53,488 nucleotides of DNA from a virus (taxonomy: Duplodnaviria; Caudoviricetes): IMG/VR virus record IMGVR_UViG_3300020470_000011, positions 1-53,488 of that record; one strand, written 5' to 3'. Positions 9,874 to 17,878 of this stretch are shown here, in pieces. The position numbers were made by a program, and so were the translations under genes. Position 1 is the stretch's first letter, and each line of letters opens with the position of its first letter. A model generated the notes under the pieces. It ran no database searches. It saw nothing but the letters and a program-made list of their open reading frames with translations, and was not told the origin of the DNA.

Positions 9874-10679
9874 CCGAAAAACTCCTGTACAATTACAACA
9901 CCTTCACGACCTCTTGCACCTCTGTTACCATGCTGAGATCCATTGCCACCTGCACCCCAAGCACAATGTGACTGGTGTCTGTGTGAATAGTTACCCTGAT
10001 TATGTCCAGCAGGTTGTGACCCACCTAAGAATGACACGCCAGCAGTATGGTTTGCGAATGACCAATAAGATCCATAACCATTTCCTCCACCACCGTAGAT
10101 ATTTAAATCTCCACCTGATCCATTACCACCATATCCTCCTGCATGCTGTCGTGAGCAGTTTGCTCCTACTCCACCACTTGCACTACAATAACTACCAAAC
10201 GATGATGAGTTACCATTACCACCACATCCTGAATAGTTAGTACCACCTCCTGGATTACCTACAGATACAGATACTGAAGAAACATTTGTTACATCTATTA
10301 CTCTTTCAGAGCAACCACCAGCACCAGCAGATTCGCAGTAACCACTGCCTCCTCCACCAGCACCTACTACAGTGACAATAATAGATGTGCAATTTTGTGG
10401 TCTAGTCCAAGTACCACTAGATGTCCAAACTTGCATAGACCGAATACCAGATCCAGCAGTAACTGCTGACCATTCAAATCCACTACCAGTTGACTTTAGT
10501 GCTTTACCTGCGTTACCACCGAGTGAGGGTACAATCCATGTGGATCCACCTCTTATGTCACCATTAATGACTAATGCAGAGCAAGTAAGAGTCGTTGACG
10601 CTGTGATACCTCCACCAGCGAGCATGAATCCTTCTGCCCCAGTTAAATCTTTTAATGCTGATACTTTAAGTTTTGACAT
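9870..10679 (-). CDS. glycine-rich fibre/adhesin-like protein, paralogue 2
   Basis: Same architecture; near-identical C-terminal domain. Confidence 0.75.
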   Translation of the reverse strand: MSKLKVSALKDLTGAEGFMLAGGGITASTTLTCSALVINGDIRGGSTWIVPSLGGNAGKALKSTGSGFEWSAVTAGSGIRSMQVWTSSGTWTRPQNCTSIIVTVVGAGGGGSGYCESAGAGGCSERVIDVTNVSSVSVSVGNPGGGTNYSGCGGNGNSSSFGSYCSASGGVGANCSRQHAGGYGGNGSGGDLNIYGGGGNGYGSYWSFANHTAGVSFLGGSQPAGHNQGNYSHRHQSHCAWGAGGNGSQHGNRGARGREGVVIVQEFFG

Positions 10680-10699
10680 AGGTCAATGATTCCTACTGC

Positions 10700-10706
10700 T
10701 ATTTAT
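10700..10706 (-). promoter_or_regulatory. T4-like late promoter
   Basis: ATAAATA overlapping the upstream stop codon, followed by AGGA RBS. Confidence 0.55.
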
Positions 10707-11512
10707 CCAAAGAACTCGTGTACTACCACAACACCTTCTCTTCCTCTCGCTCCACGGTTTCCATGCTGTGATCCATTTCCACCAGCACCCCAGGCACAAT
10801 GGGATTGGTGTCTATGAGAGTAGTTTCCTTGGTTGTGAGATGATGGTTGAGTACCACCCCAGTAACTAGCACCAGCAGTATGATTACCATATGAGTGGTG
10901 TGAACCATATCCACTTCCACCACCTCCATATATGTTTAACGCTCCACCAGATCCGTTACCGCCATATCCTCCTGCATGTTGTCTTTCACAATTTGCTCCA
11001 GCACCACCTGATGCTGAACAATAACCTCCAAAACTAGAAGAGTTACCACTTCCACCACAACCAGAGTAATTAGATCCTCCACCTGGGTTTCCGATAGTAA
11101 CTGATACTGAAGAAACATTTGATACATCTATTTGTCTTTGTGAGGTACCACCTGCACCTCCTGATTCACAAAATCCTGAACCACCGCCACCTGCACCTGT
11201 ACAGGTAACCATAATTGTAGAACAACCGCTTGGTTTATTCCACGTGCCATTAGATGTCCAAACTTGCATAGACCTGACACCTGAAGCAGAAGACAGGGTA
11301 CCCCATGTTAACGCACTACCATTATTGCTTACATATTCATCTGTATGACCTGAGGGATCTGGGAGAATATAAGCGGATGACCCCGAAATGTTGCCATCAA
11401 TTTGAATGTCATTAACAGTTAAAGTACCATTAGCAGTGATACCACCAGTAGAGAATGTAAATCCACCGATGCCACCTAAGTCTTTAATAGCTCCAATATT
11501 TAACTGTGCCAT
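10703..11512 (-). CDS. glycine-rich fibre/adhesin-like protein, paralogue 1
   Basis: Same architecture; near-identical C-terminal domain. Confidence 0.75.
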   Translation of the reverse strand: MAQLNIGAIKDLGGIGGFTFSTGGITANGTLTVNDIQIDGNISGSSAYILPDPSGHTDEYVSNNGSALTWGTLSSASGVRSMQVWTSNGTWNKPSGCSTIMVTCTGAGGGGSGFCESGGAGGTSQRQIDVSNVSSVSVTIGNPGGGSNYSGCGGSGNSSSFGGYCSASGGAGANCERQHAGGYGGNGSGGALNIYGGGGSGYGSHHSYGNHTAGASYWGGTQPSSHNQGNYSHRHQSHCAWGAGGNGSQHGNRGARGREGVVVVHEFFG

Positions 11513-11535
11513 ATTATTGGTGCTTCCTTACTTTT

Positions 11536-12096
11536 CTATTTATCATTATTTATGTCCGCAAATATATTAAACGCAATAGAAATGCGGTCTTCATCACTAT
11601 CATTCTCTTCTACATCATGTTCCAACCAACAAGGGAAAAATAATACCATCCCTTCCTCTGGGTCTATGTAGTGATATTCATGACCATCATTAAAATATTC
11701 ATGGTCAGGCATACATGTCATCAATGGACCTCTAGGGTCATAAAATCTAATTCTTCCTGAATTCTCAGGCACCTTCACATAATACACACCAGAAAGAAAA
11801 ATAGAAGTATCGAGGTGAACATGTCTTTGGTTCCTGTGACCCTTAGAGTTGACATTAACCCACGTGAAAATGGAGTATTCTTGAATCGGTTTATCTTCTC
11901 TCCTAGGGCATGCTTCTGTAATCGCATTAATCCATTCCTCATTGTAAAACAATTCTCCTTGATAACCACCTATATTAGAAAAAGTTTTAGATGGAGTATT
12001 GATAGCAAACTCTCTAATTTCTTTTTCCAATTGTCTGTTATCTAGATTTAATATATCACAATGTACTGGAGTTGGAAAGAAATTAAATGTTCTCAT
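11536..12096 (-). CDS. Fe(II)/2OG oxygenase, TIGR02466-like
   Basis: FFPT..SNIGGYQ..WVNVN..RHVH..SGVYYVKVP..FPCWLEHDV..RISIAFN. Confidence 0.9.
   Translation of the reverse strand: MRTFNFFPTPVHCDILNLDNRQLEKEIREFAINTPSKTFSNIGGYQGELFYNEEWINAITEACPRREDKPIQEYSIFTWVNVNSKGHRNQRHVHLDTSIFLSGVYYVKVPENSGRIRFYDPRGPLMTCMPDHEYFNDGHEYHYIDPEEGMVLFFPCWLEHDVEENDSDEDRISIAFNIFADINNDK
11537..11553 (-). promoter_or_regulatory. T4-like late promoter (tandem motif)
   Basis: Two ATAAATA copies upstream of 11512. Confidence 0.5.
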
Positions 12097-12383
12097 CACC
12101 ACTTACCCAAGGGACAGGTAGTATACCTAGTGTCCAATGTTTTATTGATTAATGCCATCACAATACGTTTGACATCCATAAAACATCCACACTCCATACA
12201 CTGACGTGTAACTGGATTCCACCTATCACAAGTATAGCATATTTCTATGTTTTTTGCAGCAATAGGGGCAAAATACTCTTTCTTTTGGTCAAGATCAGGC
12301 AAAATGAAGTCCCTATATTTACTGGACCATATTAAACCTGTTTCTTTTCCATTAATTACTTCTTTATCACCATCTTTACGCAT
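12096..12383 (-). CDS. small Cys-rich putative Zn-binding protein (DUF6171-like)
   Basis: CYTC...CMECGCFM...CPLGKW. Confidence 0.7.
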   Translation of the reverse strand: MRKDGDKEVINGKETGLIWSSKYRDFILPDLDQKKEYFAPIAAKNIEICYTCDRWNPVTRQCMECGCFMDVKRIVMALINKTLDTRYTTCPLGKW

Positions 12384-13380
12384 AATATGTAAGTACTACT
12401 TTTCCTGGTCCTCCCCAATGAGTACTATCACCCCTGCCATCATTATGTCTTCCACCCCTACTATAATTACTCTCATAATAAGGACTGGATGCCATCTGAT
12501 TAGGGACATTCTCACCATCTCCAGTGTATGTGGCAGCATTAGAGACGCTATATGACCCACTACCTCCTATATATCCTGATCCGCCACCGCCATTTCCACC
12601 GTTGGGTGACCCACCGCCACCTGCACCGCCAAAATAGCCTGCTCCCCCGCCACCAGCGTTGCAACCGTTGCCACCAGCAGCAGAAGCGTAGTTACCACCA
12701 TAGATTTGGTTAGGCCACCCTACACCACCACTACCTTCACCACCTCCGCAAGCAACGCCACCACGGAGTTGTTGACCATTACACTGACCACCAGAGGTAC
12801 AAGAACCTCCACCAGTCTGTCTATAACTACCTCCACCACCTTGATTTCCTGCAATACCACCAGAGTTTGATGGGTTTCCTCTTTGTCCTGAGTCTCCTCC
12901 TCCTGCACCACCACCGTGGCTATTTCCATTGGATGAGTCACCAGAACCTCCACCACCACCTGCTAACATAATAGAAGCGTTCCAGTCTGTGTCAGTATTA
13001 TTTCCATTCCAATTACTTGTAAATATTCCCGTATATCCTGCTCCTGACCCGTTATTCTGTCTACCAGGTCCACCACCACGACCAACAATGATTTTTAATG
13101 TGCCACCTGCTGATGTATTGATATCTCCTTCTGAGTATCCTCCTGCACCACCACGTGTATTAGTATCTCCTTCTGCACCACCTCCAGGTCCATATACATA
13201 TGCTCTTATACTATTTACATTTCCTGGAATACTAAATGATTGTTGTCCACCAGTATAGGTAAAGGTGCTCTCGGTGAAGGTACCACCGCCACCTCCTCCA
13301 CCACCTGCGCCACCACCGCCAGAAGCAGTGGGTCCAGATGATACAGGTAAATGTTGTCCAGAAAATCCAAACCTACCCAT
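12376..13380 (-). CDS. glycine-rich fibre/adhesin-like protein
   Basis: FTYTGGQQSF..GPGGG..AGGGGG repeats ending GKVVLTY; polyglycine domain. Confidence 0.75.
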   Translation of the reverse strand: MGRFGFSGQHLPVSSGPTASGGGGAGGGGGGGGTFTESTFTYTGGQQSFSIPGNVNSIRAYVYGPGGGAEGDTNTRGGAGGYSEGDINTSAGGTLKIIVGRGGGPGRQNNGSGAGYTGIFTSNWNGNNTDTDWNASIMLAGGGGGSGDSSNGNSHGGGAGGGDSGQRGNPSNSGGIAGNQGGGGSYRQTGGGSCTSGGQCNGQQLRGGVACGGGEGSGGVGWPNQIYGGNYASAAGGNGCNAGGGGAGYFGGAGGGGSPNGGNGGGGSGYIGGSGSYSVSNAATYTGDGENVPNQMASSPYYESNYSRGGRHNDGRGDSTHWGGPGKVVLTYYA

Positions 13381-13385
13381 AATTT

Positions 13386-14246
13386 TTATCCGTAATTAGA
13401 ACCAGAGCCAAACACTGTGTATGACTCAGTTTGTGACCCCGTTAGTGGTTTATTTATGATTGAAAATGATGTTACAGCATAAGTGCCACTCATTCCTGGT
13501 GCACTACCACCTGACCACTGAACAGTATGAGCTACTCCATTAAGATTAAGACTAGTTGGAACACCTGAACCACCAGCATTCTCACCAACTACAGTGATAC
13601 CAAAGGCAACATCTCCAGACGTTGGTACATTAGTTACTGACAGGGTATAATCTCCACCACCTGTCCTAGTAATATACAAAGAGTTGTTGTCATTGAAATC
13701 ATGACTAATATTACCACTAGAAGTATAGTGCTTCATCTCCTCTGCTGTCTCAGCAAAGTTAAGAATACCTGTTGATTTAATATCAACAGCAGTCACATCA
13801 GATACCTCAAGACTCATATCATCTTGACCACCAATAATATTCCACGTGGCACCATTCTCAATAGTGACTGTAAAACCGTTTGCAATAGTAATTGGACCTG
13901 CACTGAATCCATTAGTGAATTCAACACCACCATTAGCAATTGGACCTATTGTTAAATTCTCTGATATTGTGGTACCATTAGTCCTAACAATACTATTCTC
14001 ACCAACTGAGGGACCACCACCTCCAACTGTTGTCCAACCTGGGACACCTTGTTGAGCATCTTGTTTATAAATCTGTGCTGCATCTTCGGTGCTGTTGTAC
14101 ACCAAAGTACCATAAGCAGGTGCACCGAGTGCTGTTACTGCTGCTTGGTTTAAATTAGGAAGATTGAGTTGCTCAGTGACTTGTAGTGCCTCCATAATGG
14201 CACGAGTCGTTGCATCAATCTGATTACCAATTATCTTGGTGGACAT
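13386..14246 (-). CDS. virion structural/tail-fibre protein
   Basis: GTLVYN fibre motif; NGFSAGPITIANGFTVTIENGATW; C-terminal WSGGSAP beta domain. Confidence 0.65.
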   Translation of the reverse strand: MSTKIIGNQIDATTRAIMEALQVTEQLNLPNLNQAAVTALGAPAYGTLVYNSTEDAAQIYKQDAQQGVPGWTTVGGGGPSVGENSIVRTNGTTISENLTIGPIANGGVEFTNGFSAGPITIANGFTVTIENGATWNIIGGQDDMSLEVSDVTAVDIKSTGILNFAETAEEMKHYTSSGNISHDFNDNNSLYITRTGGGDYTLSVTNVPTSGDVAFGITVVGENAGGSGVPTSLNLNGVAHTVQWSGGSAPGMSGTYAVTSFSIINKPLTGSQTESYTVFGSGSNYG

Positions 14247-14267
14247 AAGATCACCTCTTTGTAATAT

Positions 14268-14274
14268 TATTTAT
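14268..14274 (-). promoter_or_regulatory. T4-like late promoter
   Basis: ATAAATA upstream of the GAGGTG RBS of the gene at 14246. Confidence 0.55.
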
Positions 14275-14275
14275 T

Positions 14276-17200
14276 TTAGATGACCAATTCACGTATCTGT
14301 ATGTTATCTCCAGTTTGAGGTGTTGTACCTACAGCGAAGTCAACAGCATTACCTGTTACTGTGTAGTCAATTCCTGGTCTCTGGCAGACACCATTTAAGA
14401 ATACCATTAATGAATATGCTGTATGTCCTGGAGAAATTGCAAACGTATTTGTAGTGCCATCTCCTGCATACATCACACCATTGTTACCATTATTAACACC
14501 AGTAGCAAGGGTATACTTGTCTGCACAACCATACTTACCAGTTACGTCAATATCACCAGTAACCTTCACGTTACCAGTAATCTTCATTCTATTGAGTGCG
14601 TCTGGTGCTTCACCAATACCATAATGAGTTACACCACTATATCTTTGAGATGTAATAGGTGCAGTATCGGATAGACCAAACTTATACCAAATACCAGTGT
14701 CATATATCCATCCTAAGAATGTACCTGGAGTCCAGTCAATATTATATGCAATATCACCACTATTATAAGCAGCACCTGCTGTAATAACTGGGTTACCAGT
14801 ACCATCATCCTCTGCTAGGAATGTATTCCTTAAAACAGTACCATCATCGTTAGATAAGGTAAAGTTTAGTGTCTGCAATGTATCCTGTGATGTTATCTTC
14901 TTCTGGAAGGTAACAGGACCAGAGAATACTGATTCCAACTGGTTAGATGCACCACCAATAACCGTTAGTTTATCGGTAAGCACAATCTCACTGAAGGTCT
15001 CAATAGTTGTACCTTCTTCACCCAACACGTTAAGTTGAGCAATATCTTCGTTAGTGATCTGACCTGTAACTGGGTTGATAACCTGGTTACCAACAAACAA
15101 CTCACCATCACTGTTAACACCAGAGTAGTATGCAACACCTGCTGCTTCTTTCAGTGACTGTGATAATCTAACTGCATCTTTACTTAATACTTCTACCTGT
15201 GTAGATGGGAATGCAGTTGAGTAGTTACCTGGACCAAATCCAAGATACTCAAACGTGTGACCTGATGCTCTGAGGATTGAGTATCTTCGCAATTCACAGA
15301 GTAGAGGTTGTACTGAGTTATCAGCATTTAGTTTGAGTGCAATCTTTCTTTCTTCTGCTTCACCTAGTCGTGCAGTAACACTAATACCATTCAATACGTT
15401 AGATGTAGTATTATATCCTAGGTTATTTTCAGATTCTAGTAAGAAGAATTGTGATGTCTCTTTAGTGACACTTCTTTGTGTATCCTCATTAGGAGTAGGA
15501 GATGCACCATCAGTAGTAGTAACTACACCTAGTGTCTCATTACTTGCAACAGATACAGATGCAGCAGGGTCTGCTACTGGGTTGTCTCTGTCAAATGCAG
15601 GATATAAATCTACAGTTGCCTGTGAGAATGCAAAGTCATTAAAGTTAGACGTTGAAGGTGATACTGAAGCATTCAATAGCGTCAGATAGTATACACCGTC
15701 AGTCACACCTCTTACAAATTCTTGATGAGTCTCTACAGCATATATGTAATATGTTTTACTGTATGCTGGACTATTGGTTTCACTACTTCGTGGTTGGATA
15801 ACAAAACCTGTAATAGGTGCTCTGGGTACAGGGAAGGCATCCTTGTCCAATACATAGCGGTACCTGTAAATCCTATCAACCAAGTTTCTAGCATCTGGTA
15901 CCCTCCTTACAAATGTAGTTGGTGTGAATCCAAGGTTTTGATATAGACTGTTTGCTTGCAGTGTAGTATAGATGGTATTTGCTGCTCCATCTACTTGTAA
16001 ATACCACTGACTATTTGCAGTATCAAACTTAATTGGTGAATCATCATCACCTGCCCTAGTACCTGTTACGCTAGTGCCTGAGGGGTTAATGTCTGCATAG
16101 TGTGTAGTAGGTTCACTAGCACCACTGGCAATCAAGAGCACATATAGTCTATCTGGGGTGTTAACGTCATCACGTCTAGCACCTACAGTATATCCTTGCA
16201 CCTTACTTGGTGGTCTAGCAGTCTCTACAGTATAACCATAGAGGAATAGTTTTGTTGGGTCTGCAACACTCTTCGTCTTATTAATATCAATGGTTACCCA
16301 GTTAATTGATATCTCATTAACATCATCTAATGACTTAGGTGGGATACAGTGTGTTATCTGCCCTGCTTTATCCTTCGTAAACGCTGCTGCTTTAAAGCCT
16401 TTAGATCGGAGAGAAGTGTTACCAAAGTTTGAGTTCGAGTTGGTAATCGAGAGGTCTCCTCCACTGTCAGAGAAGAAATGATCTCCGAATCCGACTGCGA
16501 ACACAGAGACGACTTGGATGAAAGCATCATTCGACGCTTTAATATGTCGATGTCGCCATCCCTTTCGGTATTTGGCGAGTCCATTAATGTGAGCACCTGA
16601 TCCCGCAGCTTGGGGTTCATACGCTCCAGTATTTTGGTTGTAAAGTACGAACGCTCGGTCATCTTTCTGTAGCGAAATGCCAGTAAACTGGGCAACAACC
16701 ATCGACTTAAATCCAGTGGCTTTGGCACCATCTGCATGCATGCCGTTAATACCCCAGACTGAGCGGAGACTACAGTTGAAAACATATGGAGACGCTGAGT
16801 CAACAGTGTCAATCTCCACTTTCACTAGGATGTTGCTACCTAGTGCATTACCAGATGGTTCAGAGGACATCTGGTAAGTAAATTGGTTACCTTGTGCACT
16901 GGTTACCAAGAATGATCCATTATAGAGGAGAGCATCTTGGTCAGTAGGACCAGTAACACCAGATATATTAACAGCGACACCCACGGAGAACCCATGATTC
17001 TTCGGGTTACCGAGTTCATCGACTGTAAATGCTGTTGCAGTTTGTCCATTTCTGATAATCTGAGATACAGCGAATTCATCAGAAATAGGACCAACGATTC
17101 TGTTTTCCTCGACCCTTGCTTGCATCTGGTCTTGTGCAGGAATACCAGAGGTGTCAGGAATAACAGCGTATCCTTTTGATATCTTTTGGTAATATAACTC

Positions 17201-17848
17201 TAGATCTGGTACATCAGCAAACTCAAAACATGTAAGTTTGTGGTGTGAGAAGTTTGGTGCAATCTGTGATAAATCATCACGATAATATACTCCAGTATTG
17301 TCACCATCAAAGAATGACATCTGCCAGAAGTAACATCCACCAGTTAGTTTGAATATACCAGAAGGTAGTGGTTCGTTAGCAGCAGTGATACCTAATGATC
17401 CTTGTACTGTTGGATAAGGTACAAATTTAGGTGTAATCTTAGTTCTTCTAAGGTCGGATCCAACTACTGAACAACCTCTGGGTACGATGATTCCACCGTT
17501 TACAGAGTTAAATTTGTGAAGTTCGTTAGAAGGAGAGGTAATATCAAAGTTTGTATTTTCGTTAAATGGTTGTATATTATTATAATCTGCAATTCCTGGC
17601 CTATTGTCTACTACGTACTCAGACGGATATAAGTAAATCGAGAATGCATCGAATTCATCATTACTCAGACCAACACGATATGAGAAACGTGCCACCTCTA
17701 AGAATGCACGTTGCAGTGTCTTAAATGGTCGTAGTGCTGAGTTACCTCGGTTATCGTAAGCATCAGACGCATCAAAATCGTCAGGGTTGACGTATATAAT
17801 ACGTCCAGTCCTTGACGTGATGATATTCTTTAGACGGGTTAGTGCCAT
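14276..17848 (-). CDS. large virion structural protein (tail fibre/baseplate-associated)
   Basis: 1190 aa; IIYVNPDD..D..DNRGNS..RPFKTLQRA N-terminus typical of cyanomyovirus virion proteins; C-terminal VFLNGV.Q.P..DY module. Confidence 0.8.
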   Translation of the reverse strand: MALTRLKNIITSRTGRIIYVNPDDFDASDAYDNRGNSALRPFKTLQRAFLEVARFSYRVGLSNDEFDAFSIYLYPSEYVVDNRPGIADYNNIQPFNENTNFDITSPSNELHKFNSVNGGIIVPRGCSVVGSDLRRTKITPKFVPYPTVQGSLGITAANEPLPSGIFKLTGGCYFWQMSFFDGDNTGVYYRDDLSQIAPNFSHHKLTCFEFADVPDLELYYQKISKGYAVIPDTSGIPAQDQMQARVEENRIVGPISDEFAVSQIIRNGQTATAFTVDELGNPKNHGFSVGVAVNISGVTGPTDQDALLYNGSFLVTSAQGNQFTYQMSSEPSGNALGSNILVKVEIDTVDSASPYVFNCSLRSVWGINGMHADGAKATGFKSMVVAQFTGISLQKDDRAFVLYNQNTGAYEPQAAGSGAHINGLAKYRKGWRHRHIKASNDAFIQVVSVFAVGFGDHFFSDSGGDLSITNSNSNFGNTSLRSKGFKAAAFTKDKAGQITHCIPPKSLDDVNEISINWVTIDINKTKSVADPTKLFLYGYTVETARPPSKVQGYTVGARRDDVNTPDRLYVLLIASGASEPTTHYADINPSGTSVTGTRAGDDDSPIKFDTANSQWYLQVDGAANTIYTTLQANSLYQNLGFTPTTFVRRVPDARNLVDRIYRYRYVLDKDAFPVPRAPITGFVIQPRSSETNSPAYSKTYYIYAVETHQEFVRGVTDGVYYLTLLNASVSPSTSNFNDFAFSQATVDLYPAFDRDNPVADPAASVSVASNETLGVVTTTDGASPTPNEDTQRSVTKETSQFFLLESENNLGYNTTSNVLNGISVTARLGEAEERKIALKLNADNSVQPLLCELRRYSILRASGHTFEYLGFGPGNYSTAFPSTQVEVLSKDAVRLSQSLKEAAGVAYYSGVNSDGELFVGNQVINPVTGQITNEDIAQLNVLGEEGTTIETFSEIVLTDKLTVIGGASNQLESVFSGPVTFQKKITSQDTLQTLNFTLSNDDGTVLRNTFLAEDDGTGNPVITAGAAYNSGDIAYNIDWTPGTFLGWIYDTGIWYKFGLSDTAPITSQRYSGVTHYGIGEAPDALNRMKITGNVKVTGDIDVTGKYGCADKYTLATGVNNGNNGVMYAGDGTTNTFAISPGHTAYSLMVFLNGVCQRPGIDYTVTGNAVDFAVGTTPQTGDNIQIRELVI

Positions 17849-17878
17849 TTAACGGAATCCTTCTTATATGTTATTTAG

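Noticed and set aside
9052-11512. Diversity-generating retroelement or invertible cassette among the three paralogues
   Set aside because: No reverse transcriptase or recombinase in the window; differences are mostly synonymous rather than adenine-specific
9042-13258. Several alternative-frame and antisense ORFs over the Gly-rich genes (9072, 9770, 10372, 12720, 12929)
   Set aside because: GGT/GGA repeats inherently give stop-poor Val-, His- or Pro-rich shadow frames; no RBS or promoter support
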